A stretch of DNA of 64,000 nt, from the NCBI GenBank assembly GCA_020137815.1, contig CM035358.1:7812001-7876000 (forward strand). Reading direction: 5' to 3'. Below are positions 40,228-52,016 of the stretch, piece by piece. A program made the position numbers and the translations under genes. Positions within the stretch are counted from its first letter, which is position 1. Every line of letters starts with the position of its first letter. Source of the stretch: Hormiphora californensis. Lineage: Eukaryota; Animalia; Ctenophora. Under the pieces are notes generated by a model. The model searched no databases and was not told the DNA's origin. It worked only from the letters and a program-made list of their open reading frames with translations.

Positions 40228-42305
40228 CACGGTGTCCCTTATGGTGTGCGGACTCTAGTGCTACACTCTAAGTCTACAGAGGACTCTATATCTAAATTTA
40301 GATTTAGATAAAGAGTCCAAATAAGTCTAAACTCTAGGAGGACTCTATGTCTAAAAAGTCTACAAAGGGCGGACTCTATATCTAAAAAGTCTAAAAAAAG
40401 TGGACTCTATATCTACATAAATCTAAATTAGATATAGAGTCCGCCTTTCGCCGCGAACTCGAGATTTCGGCCGTTAGGCCGGAAACGAGAGTTTGCTCTA
40501 CCCCTATACTAATTTAGAAGTGTTAGGGCCGTTATTTGGGTTCGAGGTTAGGGTGGGGGTTAGTGTTAGGGTTAGGTTTTGGGTTGGGTTAGGATTTTAG
40601 ACATAGAGTCCGGGTTGGAGGATTTGGCGCCAAAATGTACTAGAGGACTCTATACCTAAAAATTCTACACAGGGCGGACTCTTTATCTAAAAAGTCTACA
40701 CAGGGAGGACTCTTTATCTAAACTTTTTTCAAAATCTAACTGTAGATAAAGAGTCCGTTTTTAGATATAGAGTCCGCCTTGGATTTAGATAAAGAGTCCG
40801 TTAGCACTAGAGTCCGCCCACCGTCCCTTATTAAGGAGGTGAAACCTCGACTAGATAAAGTTTTTTGGAGACCGGACCTAGGTTACGTATTTTTGACCGA
40901 GGAATCCGAAAAACATAAAATTAAAATCGAAAACGTAGCGGTTTTTGCGTAAAACGGTAAAAACTGTCATTTTTCAGCGATTTTCGACTTTTTACGCTTT
41001 CTAGAGATTTTAAAAATATTTCCTTACAAGATATGATCTTGTGCTTTTAGACTAATAAAATAAAATCGATTTGCTACAAATTGGTCCCGGGTTTGTGTGA
41101 TTTGGTCAAAAGCTCTCTTTACTGTGGCCCATCAAAGATGGCCACTCTGCAAATACGTATTTGGCTCCTGTAGCCGCAGATGTAAACCAAAATAAAATTC
41201 ATTATACACCAAAATTTGCGTCTTCTCAAGGCAAACAACCTGGTTTTTACGAAATTTGATTTCATGCAGGCGTTCAAATATTACAGCCGAAAAACTGGTA
41301 CAGTGGATTTCGGAAATACCCCTACTTCAACAAATCCTAATCCAGATAAGATTTCGAAAAATATACATGTTCATACATGAAAATGAAGCTCAGACAAATG
41401 CCAACGTGATGCAAAAAACGGGAAGTGTGTAACTTATTTCGTTTAGACGCTATAGCCCAAATAAAAGTGCTTATTTTTGCATTGAAAACACCCTCTAAAA
41501 ACCATAATTTTAGACAATTTCTGACAATTTTAAACAAATTCTGTCCACAGGGGCTAAGTTGGTGCACTGGAGGTGACATTTTATTCGTATTGCATTTTTA
41601 GACAGATTTGCTATTTTTCAGGGCTTTTAGAGGGTGTTTTCAATGCAAAAATAAGCACTTTTATTTGGGCTATAGCGTCTAAACGAAATAAGTTACACAC
41701 TTCCCGTTTGTTGCATCGTATTGGCATTTGTCTGAGCTTTATTTTCATGTATGAACATGTATATTTTTCGAAATCTTATCTGGATTAGGATTTGTTGAAG
41801 TAGGAGTATTTCCGAAATCCACTGTACCAGTTTTTCGGCTGTAATTTTTGAACGCCTGCATGAAATCAAATTTCGTAAAAACCAGGTTGTTTGCCTTGAG
41901 AAGACGCAAATTTTGGTGTATAATAAATCTTCTTTTGGTTTACATCTGCAGCCACAGGAGCCAAATACGTATTTGCAGAGTGGCCATCTTTGATGGGCCA
42001 CAGTAAAGAGAGCTTTTGACCAAATCACACAAACCCGGGACCAATTTGTAGCAAATCGATTGTATTTTATTAGTCTAAAAGCACAAGATCATATCTTGTA
42101 AGGAAATATTTTTAAAATCTCTAGAAAGCGTAAAAAGTCGAAAATCGCTGAAAAATGACAGTTTTTGCCGTTTTACGCAAAAACCGCTACGTTTTCGATT
42201 TTAATTTTATGTTTTTCGGATTCCTCGGTCAAAAATACGTAACCTAGGTCCGGTCTCCAAAAAACTTTATCTAGTCGAGGTTTCACCTCCTTAAGGGACA
42301 CCGTG
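40228..42305. mobile_element. Chapaev (CMC)-like foldback element with ~660-bp inverted arms and 4-bp TSD
   Basis: Ends CACGGTG...CACCGTG; TSD TGTA (40224-40227, 42306-42309), confirmed by the empty site ACTGTAGAC at ~50980 in the duplicate. Confidence 0.85.
40243..40822. mobile_element. MITE with GG termini and 9-bp TSD inserted in the left TIR of the Chapaev-like element
   Basis: GGTGTGCGGACTCTAGTGCTA ... TAGCACTAGAGTCCGCCCACC; TSD GTCCCTTAT; internal GGACTCT(A/T)TATCTA repeats. Confidence 0.85.
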
Positions 42306-42314
42306 TGTAGACTA

Positions 42315-43029
42315 TTATAACGCCCACTGCGCATTTTTTTGAGAAATAACACCCGCGCGGTAGCGGGCTGATATGACTGCTTCCGAAATGATAAATCTCA
42401 TAACGCCCGCTCCGAAAGTGCAATTTATTACACGTAAGAATTCACCCAAAAAGGTGTGAAAACTCTTCCTTTTGTGTGTGTGTACTGTTGTGTACACACT
42501 GTTGCAAATAGAAAGAGAGATTAACACAACAAGGGACGGGGGAATGGCGACAAGAGAGAGAGACAAGAGAAACATTGGTAATCCTTATCTCTCTCTATTT
42601 AATTAACACCCAATAGTTCGCTTGTGTGTGTGTGAGTGTCTAGACATGTCTAGACATGTCTGGAGTTGAAAAGGGAACATATTTGAAGGATTGGCATGAG
42701 TTGTGTTGCCCTCTCTCTCTCTCTCTGTAATCATTTGTTGTTGAACTGTGAAAGTTTGATGATGTTGAATAGTTTGTCAAATTGAGTTGAAAAACTTGAA
42801 AGGGGATTAGTGTTGTTCTCTCCTTGCTTGCAGTGGGCGTTATATGCTATAACACCTTATAAGGTGTTATAGCGATATATTTGATACACATAAGGCCTTA
42901 TGTGTATCAAATATATCGCCCTCACTACGTTCGGGGCGATATTGCATATCCGCAAGGAGCCGATATGCGTGCATATCACGCCCCGCGCGGGGCGCGATAT
43001 ACAGATACACACCGGTGTTATAGCACATA
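42315..43029 (+). mobile_element. Non-coding element with internal complementary region and 3' hairpin cassette (E3)
   Basis: Left TATAACGCCCACTGC, internal GCAGTGGGCGTTATA-TGCTATAACACC (42830-42856), right GGTGTTATAGCA; absent at the empty site GACTATAATAG (~50986). Confidence 0.8.
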
Positions 43030-43059
43030 TAATAGGATAGACTATAATAGGATTCTAAG

Positions 43060-43405
43060 GTAGAGGGTTAGAGAATTAGAGGGTTAGAGGGTTAAAGGTT
43101 TAGAGGGTTAGAGGATTAGAGGGTAGGAGGGTTAGAGGGTTAGAGGGTTAGAGGGTTAGAGGGTTAGAGGGTTAGAGGGTTAGAGGGTTAGAGGGTTAGA
43201 GGGTTAGAGGGTTAGAGGGTTAGAGGGTTAGAGGGTTAGAGGGTTAGAGGGTTAGAGGGTTAGAGGGTTAGAGGGTTAGAGGGTTAGAGGGTTAGAGGGT
43301 TAGAGGGTTAGAGGGTTAGAGGGTTAGAGGGTTAGAGGGTTAGAGGGTTAGAGGGTTAGAGGGTTAGAGGGTTAGAGGGTTAGAGGGTTAGAGGGTTAGA
43401 GGGTT
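43060..43405 (+). repeat. (TTAGAGGG)n satellite; counterpart at 51025-51378
   Basis: Direct reading. Confidence 0.95.
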
Positions 43406-43557
43406 TTGGAAAACAGGGCTAAAACAGTAGTAGGGTCGGTTGTGGGAAGTTGGGTCTGGAATTTTAAATTTGACTTGCTGATATGATTGAGGACTCAATA
43501 AAAAGTCCAAAGTACCATCCCACAGGTCTCTACCACCCCCGGTTCACTAATTAGGTC

Positions 43558-43688
43558 TAGGGTTAGGGTTAGGGTTAGGGTTAGGGTTAGGGTTAGGGTT
43601 AGGGTTAGGGTTAGGGTTAGGGTTAGGGTTAGGGTTAGGGTTAGGGTTAGGGTTAGGGTTAGGGTTAGGGTTAGGGTTAGGGTTAGGG

Positions 43689-43729
<41 letters not shown>

Positions 43730-44038
43730 GGTTAGGGTTAGGGTTAGGGTTAGGGTTAGGGTTAGGGTTAGGGTTAGGGTTAGGGTTAGGGTTAGGGTTA
43801 GGGTTAGGGTTAGGGTTAGGGTTAGGGTTAGGGTTAGGGTTAGGGTTAGGGTTAGGGTTAGGGTTAGGGTTAGGGTTAGGGTTAGGGTTAGGGTTAGGGT
43901 TAGGGTTAGGTTTCCCACCTACTTCCACCCCTAACCCTAACCCTAACCCTAACCCTAACCCTAACCCTAACCCTAACCCTAACCCTAACCCTAACCCTAA
44001 CCCTAACCCTAACCCTAACCCTAACCCTAACCCTAACC

Positions 44039-44079
<41 letters not shown>

Positions 44080-44574
44080 CCCTAACCCTAACCCTAACCC
44101 TAACCCTAACCAACTAACCCTAACCCTAACCCTAACCCTAAACCCAACCCTAACCCTACCCTAACCTCTAACCCTAACACTTCCATAAACTAACCTAATC
44201 AACCCCTCATACCCCACCTAACTCAACACCTACTAACCCTAACCTAAACCCTAACCAACCCTAACACCTAACCCTAACCCTAACCCTAACCCTAACCTAA
44301 CCCTAACCCTAACCCTAACCCTAACCCTAACCCTAACCCTAACCCTAACCCTAACCCTAACCCTAACCCTAAACCAACCCTAACCTAACCCTAACCCTAA
44401 CCCTAACCCTAACCCTAACCCTAACCCTAACCCTAACCCTAACCCTAACCTAACCCTAACCCTAACCCTAACCCTAACCCTAACCCTAACCCTAACCCTA
44501 ACCCTAACCCTAACCCCTACCCTAACCCTAAACCCTAAACCCTAACCCTAAACCCTAACCTAACCCTAAACCCT
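43558..44574. repeat. Interstitial telomere-type repeats, head-to-head (TTAGGG)n / (CCCTAA)n
   Basis: (TTAGGG)n 43558-43910, spacer TTTCCCACCTACTTCCA, (CCCTAA)n 43928-44574. Confidence 0.95.
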
Positions 44575-45255
44575 AGGGATCGGGACCGGTTTAGGGACAG
44601 TCACAGGACAGGGTTAGGGACGACAAGTCGACATGCACAGGGAACGGCCACAGGGACAGGCAACAGGGACAGCACAGTGACGTCATAACTCACACACACA
44701 CACACATACAAGGATGTGTCCTAAATTAGGCCGATTTAGGCCAAACACCAACTTTGAAATAGCTGTAAACCGTCTTCAAAAAGGTTACAGCAAAAACCCT
44801 GAAACACTTGTCTAAATGAATTCGTCTTAAGTTTCTTGTGTAAAAATTTCAGAGGCCCTAAGTTCATTGTTGCCCACCTACAGCTGCCACTAAAATGTCA
44901 AAATTCATGACCAAATTTTTCTAAAGGCCAAAATCAGGCCTTATATTTGAGATATCGCAAAAACCTGAAACACGTGTCCAATGAATTCGTTTGAACTTTC
45001 TTGTGGTAAATTTTCAGACTCATCTCCACAGGAAGTACCCGCACGCTAACCTGCTCAAAATCGCAGACCAAAAATTTTCTTAAGGCCAGAATCAGGCCTT
45101 ATATTGAGATATCGCAAAAACCCTGAAACACGTGTCCAAATAAATTCGTTTGAACTTTCTTGTGGTAAATTTTCAGATCCCTATCTCGATGGGAATGCCC
45201 GCACCCTAACGTGCACCACCTACCTTAACCCAACCCTAACCATAACCATAACCCG

Positions 45256-45355
45256 NNNNNNNNNNNNNNNNNNNNNNNNNNNNNNNNNNNNNNNNNNNNN
45301 NNNNNNNNNNNNNNNNNNNNNNNNNNNNNNNNNNNNNNNNNNNNNNNNNNNNNNN
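45256..45355. other. Assembly gap (100 N)
   Basis: Run of n. Confidence 1.
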
Positions 45356-46011
45356 TTTTAACTCAACTTTTTTGGAAAAATTTTAACGGGGCCCTTTTTT
45401 TTCAGTTTTATGGTTTTTAATTGGATCAGTGTACAGTTAAGCCCCTTTAACAAAACAGAAAGGGTTGTGGTTTTTCTTGTAAAAAAGGGGCCAAACCCTG
45501 CAGTCAGTGCCCTTGCAGTTAGTCCCTTACATGAAAATTGAGGTTTTGGGTTTCATGTAGAAAGCCTAACTGTAAAATGCAGTGACTACGAATCAGTGCC
45601 CTTTTGATTTTCCCCCCTTTAAAGAAAATCACAAAGGGGGTTTTGGTTTCATGTAGAAACCTAACTGCAGAGTGCAGTCACGTGACTTATACTTAGAAAT
45701 AAAAGTGTAGTTACGTCTTTTCCCGGTTAACGGCAGTATATTATAATTATATATATATATTCACTATTTTTCCTTTATTGATTTAAAAAACTGTACTTCC
45801 CTGTCGGGCCCCGACCCCATTGAGCGCAATTGGGGGTTGGCCCCGCCAGCAGTATTTCGGGGGATGGTAAAAGTTTGACATTAGCCCCTCTCCGCTCTTT
45901 CTGTTACAGGGTTTAACCCCTACCAATAATATTGCACCAGGGTTACCCCTACCAACTAATTTTGCTACCTGGTTACCCCTCCCAATAATTAGTTACCATT
46001 TTACCCCTACA

Positions 46012-49000
46012 GGGTAGGGTAAGTTTGACGTAAAAACTGGGTTTGGGATCAATCCCCAAAAAAGGTGTCTGACAATATAACGATGAGAGGGGAAAGTTTT
46101 CACCCAAAATAATATTGTTAATTTTAAAATTTGAAAATTTTAAATGGATAAATTTTTTGATTTTTTTGATCCACCCTTTTGTTTAGGCGATGTTTAACAA
46201 CAAACAAGACGATAAAATATTAAACATAATTTTTTATTTTGATCATATTGCAATTGGTCTATATTCATCTCTAACCAGGGGTGAACTATAACAAAGGGAC
46301 TAGTTGGGGTAACGGAGAAAAACCCTATTGGGGACCGGGAGAAAAAAAACCCGATATGGCAAAGTGAGTTTCTCTCTTTCTTGATCCCCGTTATTTTGGT
46401 CAACTAAGGGGGTAACACACAGGGAAACTGGCAGGTTTTTTACGCGTTTGTGTGTAGAAGGCAAAAGTGTTGCCGTTTTTTCTCTTTTTGATTAGACGGG
46501 AATTCTAAGGTGGGGGCCCCTCCCCCACGCCGCTTTGGGGCCCGGGGCACTGCGTACATGATCTTTTTTTTAAATTTTTCTTGATTTTTTCCTTTGATTA
46601 CCCGGTACCCCCTTTTTCAAGATCCTCAAAGACCGGGGATGACAAAAGAAGACGAAAAAAACAAGATAGGAACAGGGTGATAGCCACGCCATCATTGCCC
46701 TTTTTTATCAAATATTGTGGAAAAGTTCCAGGAAACCCCCACAAACTAAATATTTACCATGGAACCCTACCAACTAGCTTTTTACCATGGTTCCCCCCAC
46801 CAACAAATACTGTTACCATGGTTCCCCCTACAAACTAGATACTGTTCCATGGACCCCTCCCAAAAACTAATAGTTTGAATAAATGCCGTCACATAGGGGG
46901 AACACCTTATTTGATATTCATCCAGTTGTGACGGTGAACTGAAATATTTTTCTTTTTAAAAACACCTGCTACTCCCTATTTCCCCTACTATTCTGCCCTA
47001 TCCCCAAAAATTTGAATGTCCCCGTTAGTACCCAGTACCCTATCCCTGATAGCTGTACCCTACCCCAACTACCCTATACAGTACAGTATATTTAGTACAG
47101 TATTTAGTACAGTATTTCCTACCCCAACAGGAAAATACATGGTATTCGCTGAACATGTCAGTTGGGGAACTGCCCAGGAGTTGTGCACTGAATACGGCCT
47201 AAGCTTCGCAATGGTATGTTACACTTTCACTTTCACGCTTTCAGTCACATCAGTGGACACGGTGTGAAACCTCGACTAGGTATACTGTTTTGCAGACTGG
47301 ACCAAGGTTAAGTATTTTTTTCCCCGCCTGGGTGAATGCCTTCGGCATTCACCCAGATGCCTTTTGCAAAAAGGCATAGGGGGTTTAGAATTCGACAATT
47401 TTACATACTAGTGATGTGTCACGCTTTTCCTGTAACGTAACCTCCTGAGTTGCTGTTGGCAACTATCCAGTGCGGAATGCTGTCACTTATTGACTGAACA
47501 CAACAAGAAGTTTGTGCGCATGTGCGCGGCACCTTTATGTTGCACTTGCAATTACAATTGTTCATAGATTTGTCATCGCGCCCTACGTCATTGTGCAGTG
47601 AACATTGTTCTGCATTTGTGATCGGAACTGCGACTATTATTATTACTAGGATATCACATAGCTCAGGCAACCCATCAGCTATACCGGCTCACGTATCAGT
47701 GCCCAATTAGAAGCAGGTGTGGCAACTGGCACATGCCAGATCACATGGTTGGCGGGGAAATCAGGCGGTATGGTATTATACCGCAATTATTCTTGTTTGG
47801 AGCTTGTAGTGGAGAAACGGTTTTCAAAAACGGTACGCAGACACACTGTTTACGTGGCTCGGGGGAATTCAATTATTAAAACATACTTGTTCAGCATGAT
47901 CTAGCACTTGCAGTTGCACAATCTCCTCCGTACCGTTTTTGAAATAATCATTATTCCACCACACTAGCGGCATGTTAAGCTTCCCCATCCCTATCTCCAT
48001 ACCTAGTATCCTCCTCTCCCATGGCTCTCCCATATACGTATAATGTATATTGTATATTATATCGTTCCAGTCCGAGCGGGCCAGATCTGATTAACATTAC
48101 GATAACCTGATCGTTTTCAGTAGTAGTTTACTACTCCCCGCTTTGCTGCAATTCTGCAGGCTAATGCTGCTTATGCAGGCTATGCTGCTTCGGCAGGCAA
48201 CGACAGATAACATCTGGTCATACCTAAACAATTACAAACCCAATATCTAGCCCTAATCTCTCTCGCTCTCTACTGTCATTTCATGAGTTTAAATTCCATT
48301 CCCTTCTATCAATGATAGTATCATTTTCCCGCTCTCTCTCTCTCTCACTAACCGTTAGAGAGAGAAAGAAATATCAACGTTATGGGTCACGCACTTATCA
48401 TGCAAGCAACACATGAACTTCCTATATACTAGCTCAGTAGTAGTTTACTACTCCCCGCTTTGCTGCAATTCTGCAGGCTAATGCTGCTTATGCAGGCTAT
48501 GCTGCTTCGGCAGGCAACGACAGATAACATCTGGTCATACCTAAACAATTACAAACCCAATATCTAGCCCTAATCTCTCTCGCTCTCTACTGTCATTTCA
48601 TGAGTTTAAATTCCATTCCCTTCTATCAATGATAGTATCATTTTCCCGCTCTCTCTCTCTCTCACTAACCGTTAGAGAGAGAAAGAAATATCAACGTTAT
48701 GGGTCACGCACTTATCATGCAAGCAACACATGAACTTCCTATATACTAGCTCAGTAGTAGTTTACTACTCCCCGCTTTGCTGCAATTCTGCAGGCTAATG
48801 CTGCTTATGCAGGCTATGCTGCTTCGGCAGGCAACGACAGATAACATCTGGTCATACCTAAACAATTACAAACCCAATATCTAGCCCTAATCTCTCTCGC
48901 TCTCTACTGTCATTTCATGAGTTTAAATTCCATTCCCTTCTATCAATGATAGTATCATTTTCCCGCTCTCTCTCTCTCTCACTAACCGTTAGAGAGAGAA

Positions 49001-50840
49001 AGAAATATCAACGTTATGGGTCACGCACTTATCATGCAAGCAACACATGAACTTCCTATATACTAGCTCAGTAGTAGTTTACTACTCCCCGCTTTGCTGC
49101 AATTCTGCAGGCTAATGCTGCTTATGCAGGCTATGCTGCTTCGGCAGGCAACGACAGATAACATCTGGTCATACCTAAACAATTACAAACCCAATATCTA
49201 GCCCTAATCTCTCTCGCTCTCTACTGTCATTTAATAATCTAATACCCTCCACCCGCCCCGAACCGCCCCGCCCACCTCCAATATATACATACTAAACAAA
49301 ACTGTGGACTGAGAACAAATCCTTGCTAGTTCAGCTTTCGAACATAATCTGACCTAATTGGTCCTAATCAGACAGGTCTCACATTACACATATACGTAAA
49401 ATACCCGTCATGCCACTTATAATGTAAACCTACCAAATGCCAGACCAATTCAAGATAATATAATTAGAGTAACCCCAAACACCTAACATGCCAGTGTCCT
49501 AAAATCCTAAACACGGAGAGAATGAGACTAGGGCCGTTTAATTACTACCTCAAGAAGATTGGCAAATCCAACACTGACATATGCAGCCTATGCACTAAAA
49601 CAAAAGAAAATGCGAAACACCTAATATGTGAATGTGAAATCCTGGTAACGGAGAGAATGAGATTAAGCGGCATAACCACCTTCAAAGACCTAGGCAAAAC
49701 TATAATAAACCACACCGCGGTAGCCATCAAGCTAATCGAGAAAGCAAATAAACTCAAGAACCAAGAGAAAGATTAGAAGAACTCATCCCCACCCGTCGCA
49801 GTGACATAGAGCCAAAGATCCAAGACTCAGAGGGAAGAAGAATCAATATCCTGCGACTCTCGAAGGAGTTTACCCACCCGAACCCGAAGCCACCTATAAT
49901 GGAACCTGTCCTGTGGGCAGTTCCTGATGGAGGGGGAGGGGAGGGGGGCTATTCTCCTAGTGCCGGCGATATCGCTTTGCGATAGTCCCCTGTGGGCTTG
50001 CCGTTGGCAAGCCCAGGCACTCCGTAGATAGATAGATAGAACCTGATCGTTTGAGAAAATAACAATAAAAAACAAATTTTTCCTCAGCTAACATTTTCAT
50101 ATGCAGCAAGGTCATAAAATCCTTCCTCATCTCTCTTTAATAATGATGTATAATAATTACAGGTGAATAGCGAGGAAGATAATAATGAATTAATTGGGGC
50201 AATTAATATGACACTGGGATCAGATTACAGTAATCCGAGATTCAACAACTCTAACTGGGTAACTAATCAACTCATTAAATAATTGTATAATTGTGGGGTA
50301 ACCGGTAACCACGACACATACTGCCTTATACTAAGCTTCCGTTTGTTTGGGCAGATTACACATTTTTTCATTTACTTTCTACTTTGGGTCGATTATAATT
50401 CCCACTGCTCCTTTATAAAGATAGTTTCTACTTCCAACTGCTCCTTCATAAATATGGTTTTCAATTAATTCCTAATGTTTTACAGGTTTGGATTGGTGTT
50501 GAGGAGGTTATGGATGATAATGGTATGGGAACTAACGTGTGGGCTAACCATGACAACACCACCCTCGATTGGGACCCAACATGGGCCTATAAGCACCAGC
50601 CCGACCACATGACAGTCGGTGGTGTAGGTAAGAAAATACAATTGTTCAGTTATCTTTCGGTTGTTTATTTACTTGAACACTTTTAAATAATTTCTCTCCT
50701 TTCTCTCAGAACAACGAGTTGTGGCGATATCCCGTATGACGGGGCAGTGGGATGATTCTTTTGAATACAAAAAGAGGCCCTTTGCATGTATGTGTCATAA
50801 CGAATGTGCAAATGAGGTGACCGGTGACGAGGAATCTTAA
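46012..50840 (+). CDS. Second copy (exons 4-10) of the two-domain C-type lectin: tandem paralogue or uncollapsed haplotype; exons 4-6 are error-ridden
   Basis: Collinear with 35400-40080. Exons 7-10 (~47131-47213, ~50163-50258, ~50486-50627, ~50710-50840) are intact with few substitutions; 45700-47000 has many homopolymer-type indels. Confidence 0.75.
47321..47795 (+). mobile_element. Helentron-type non-autonomous element (HINE/DINE-like); related partial copy at ~55155-55500
   Basis: Inserted in a T-run (empty in copy 1 at ~39150). Asymmetric subTIR TCCCCGCC / GGCGGGGA (47751), 5' hairpin 47328-47356, 3' hairpin GCGGTAT..ATACCGC, end CTTG|TTT. Confidence 0.75.
48117..50039 (+). mobile_element. 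Non-autonomous LINE derivative: 3.5 x 317-bp 5' monomers, C-terminal CCHC remnant, (TAGA)n tail, 13-bp TSD
   Basis: TSD AACCTGATCGTTT (48104-48116, 50040-50052); monomers at 48117/48434/48751/49068; ORF 49522-49776 has NYYLKKIG..CSLC....ENAKHLICEC. Confidence 0.82.
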
Positions 50841-51609
50841 GTGAAATTTAATAACTGCAGCTCGGGCTAATGTTTTAAAACTATAATTGAACAATTTTTT
50901 GATCAATTTAAGTTATTAAACTTGTAATTATATTCAGCATTCAAAATTCAAATTCTGTGTTTTTAGTACTTTGACTAACACTGTAGACTATAATAGAATA
51001 GACTATAATAGAATTCTAAGGTATAAGAGGGTTAGCTAGGGTTAGAGGGTTAGTTAGGGTTAGAGGATTAGAGGATTAGAGGGTTAGAGGGTTAGAGGGT
51101 TATAGGGTTAGGGTTAGGGTTAGAGGGTTAGAGGGTTAGAGGGTTAGAGGGTTAGAGGGTTAGAGGGTTAGAGGGTTAGAGGATTAGAGGGTTAGAGGGT
51201 TAGAGGGTTAGAGGGTTAGAGGGTTAGAGGGTTAGAGGGTTAGAGGGTTAGAGGGTTAGAGGGTTAGAAGGTTAGAGGGTTAGAGGGTTAGAGGGTTAGA
51301 GGGTTAGAGGGTTAGAGGGTTAGAGGGTTAGAGGGTTAGAGGGTTAGAGGGTTAGAGGGTTAGAGGGTTAGAGGGTTACACAAGAAACTTAAGACGAATT
51401 CATTAGACACGTGTTTCAGGGTTTTTGCTGTAACCTTTTTTGACGGTTTACAGTTATTTCAAAAGTTGGTGTTTTGGCCTAAATCGGCCTAATTTAGGAC
51501 ACAATCCTTGTATGTGTGTGTGTGTGTGTGTGTGACGTCACTGTGCCTGTCCCTGTGCCTGTCACTGTGACTGTCCCTAACCCTGTCCCTGTGACTGTCC
51601 CTAAACCTG

Positions 51610-52010
51610 TCCCTATCCCTATCCCTATCCCTATCCCTATCCCTATCCCTATCCCTATCCCTATCCCTATCCCTATCCCTATCCCTATCCCTATCCCTAT
51701 CCCTATCCCTATCCCTATCCCTATCCCTATCCCTATCCCTATCCCTATCCCTATCCCTATCCCTATCCCTATCCCTATCCCTATCCCTATCCCTATCCCT
51801 ATCCCTATCCCTATCCCTATCCCTATCCCTATCCCTATCCCTATCCCTATCCCTATCCCTATCCCTATCCCTATCCCTATCCCTATCCCTATCCCTATCC
51901 CTATCCCTATCCCTATCCCTATCCCTATCCCTATCCCTATCCCTATCCCTATCCCTATCCCTATCCCTATCCCTATCCCTATCCCTATCCCTATCCCTAT
52001 CCCTATCCCT
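51610..52010 (+). repeat. (CCCTAT)n telomere-variant microsatellite
   Basis: Direct reading. Confidence 0.95.
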
Positions 52011-52016
52011 AAACCT

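Noticed and set aside
40228-42305. Transib/RAG-like element because of the CACGGTG ends
   Set aside because: TSD is 4 bp rather than 5 bp and there is no clear nonamer; fits Chapaev better.
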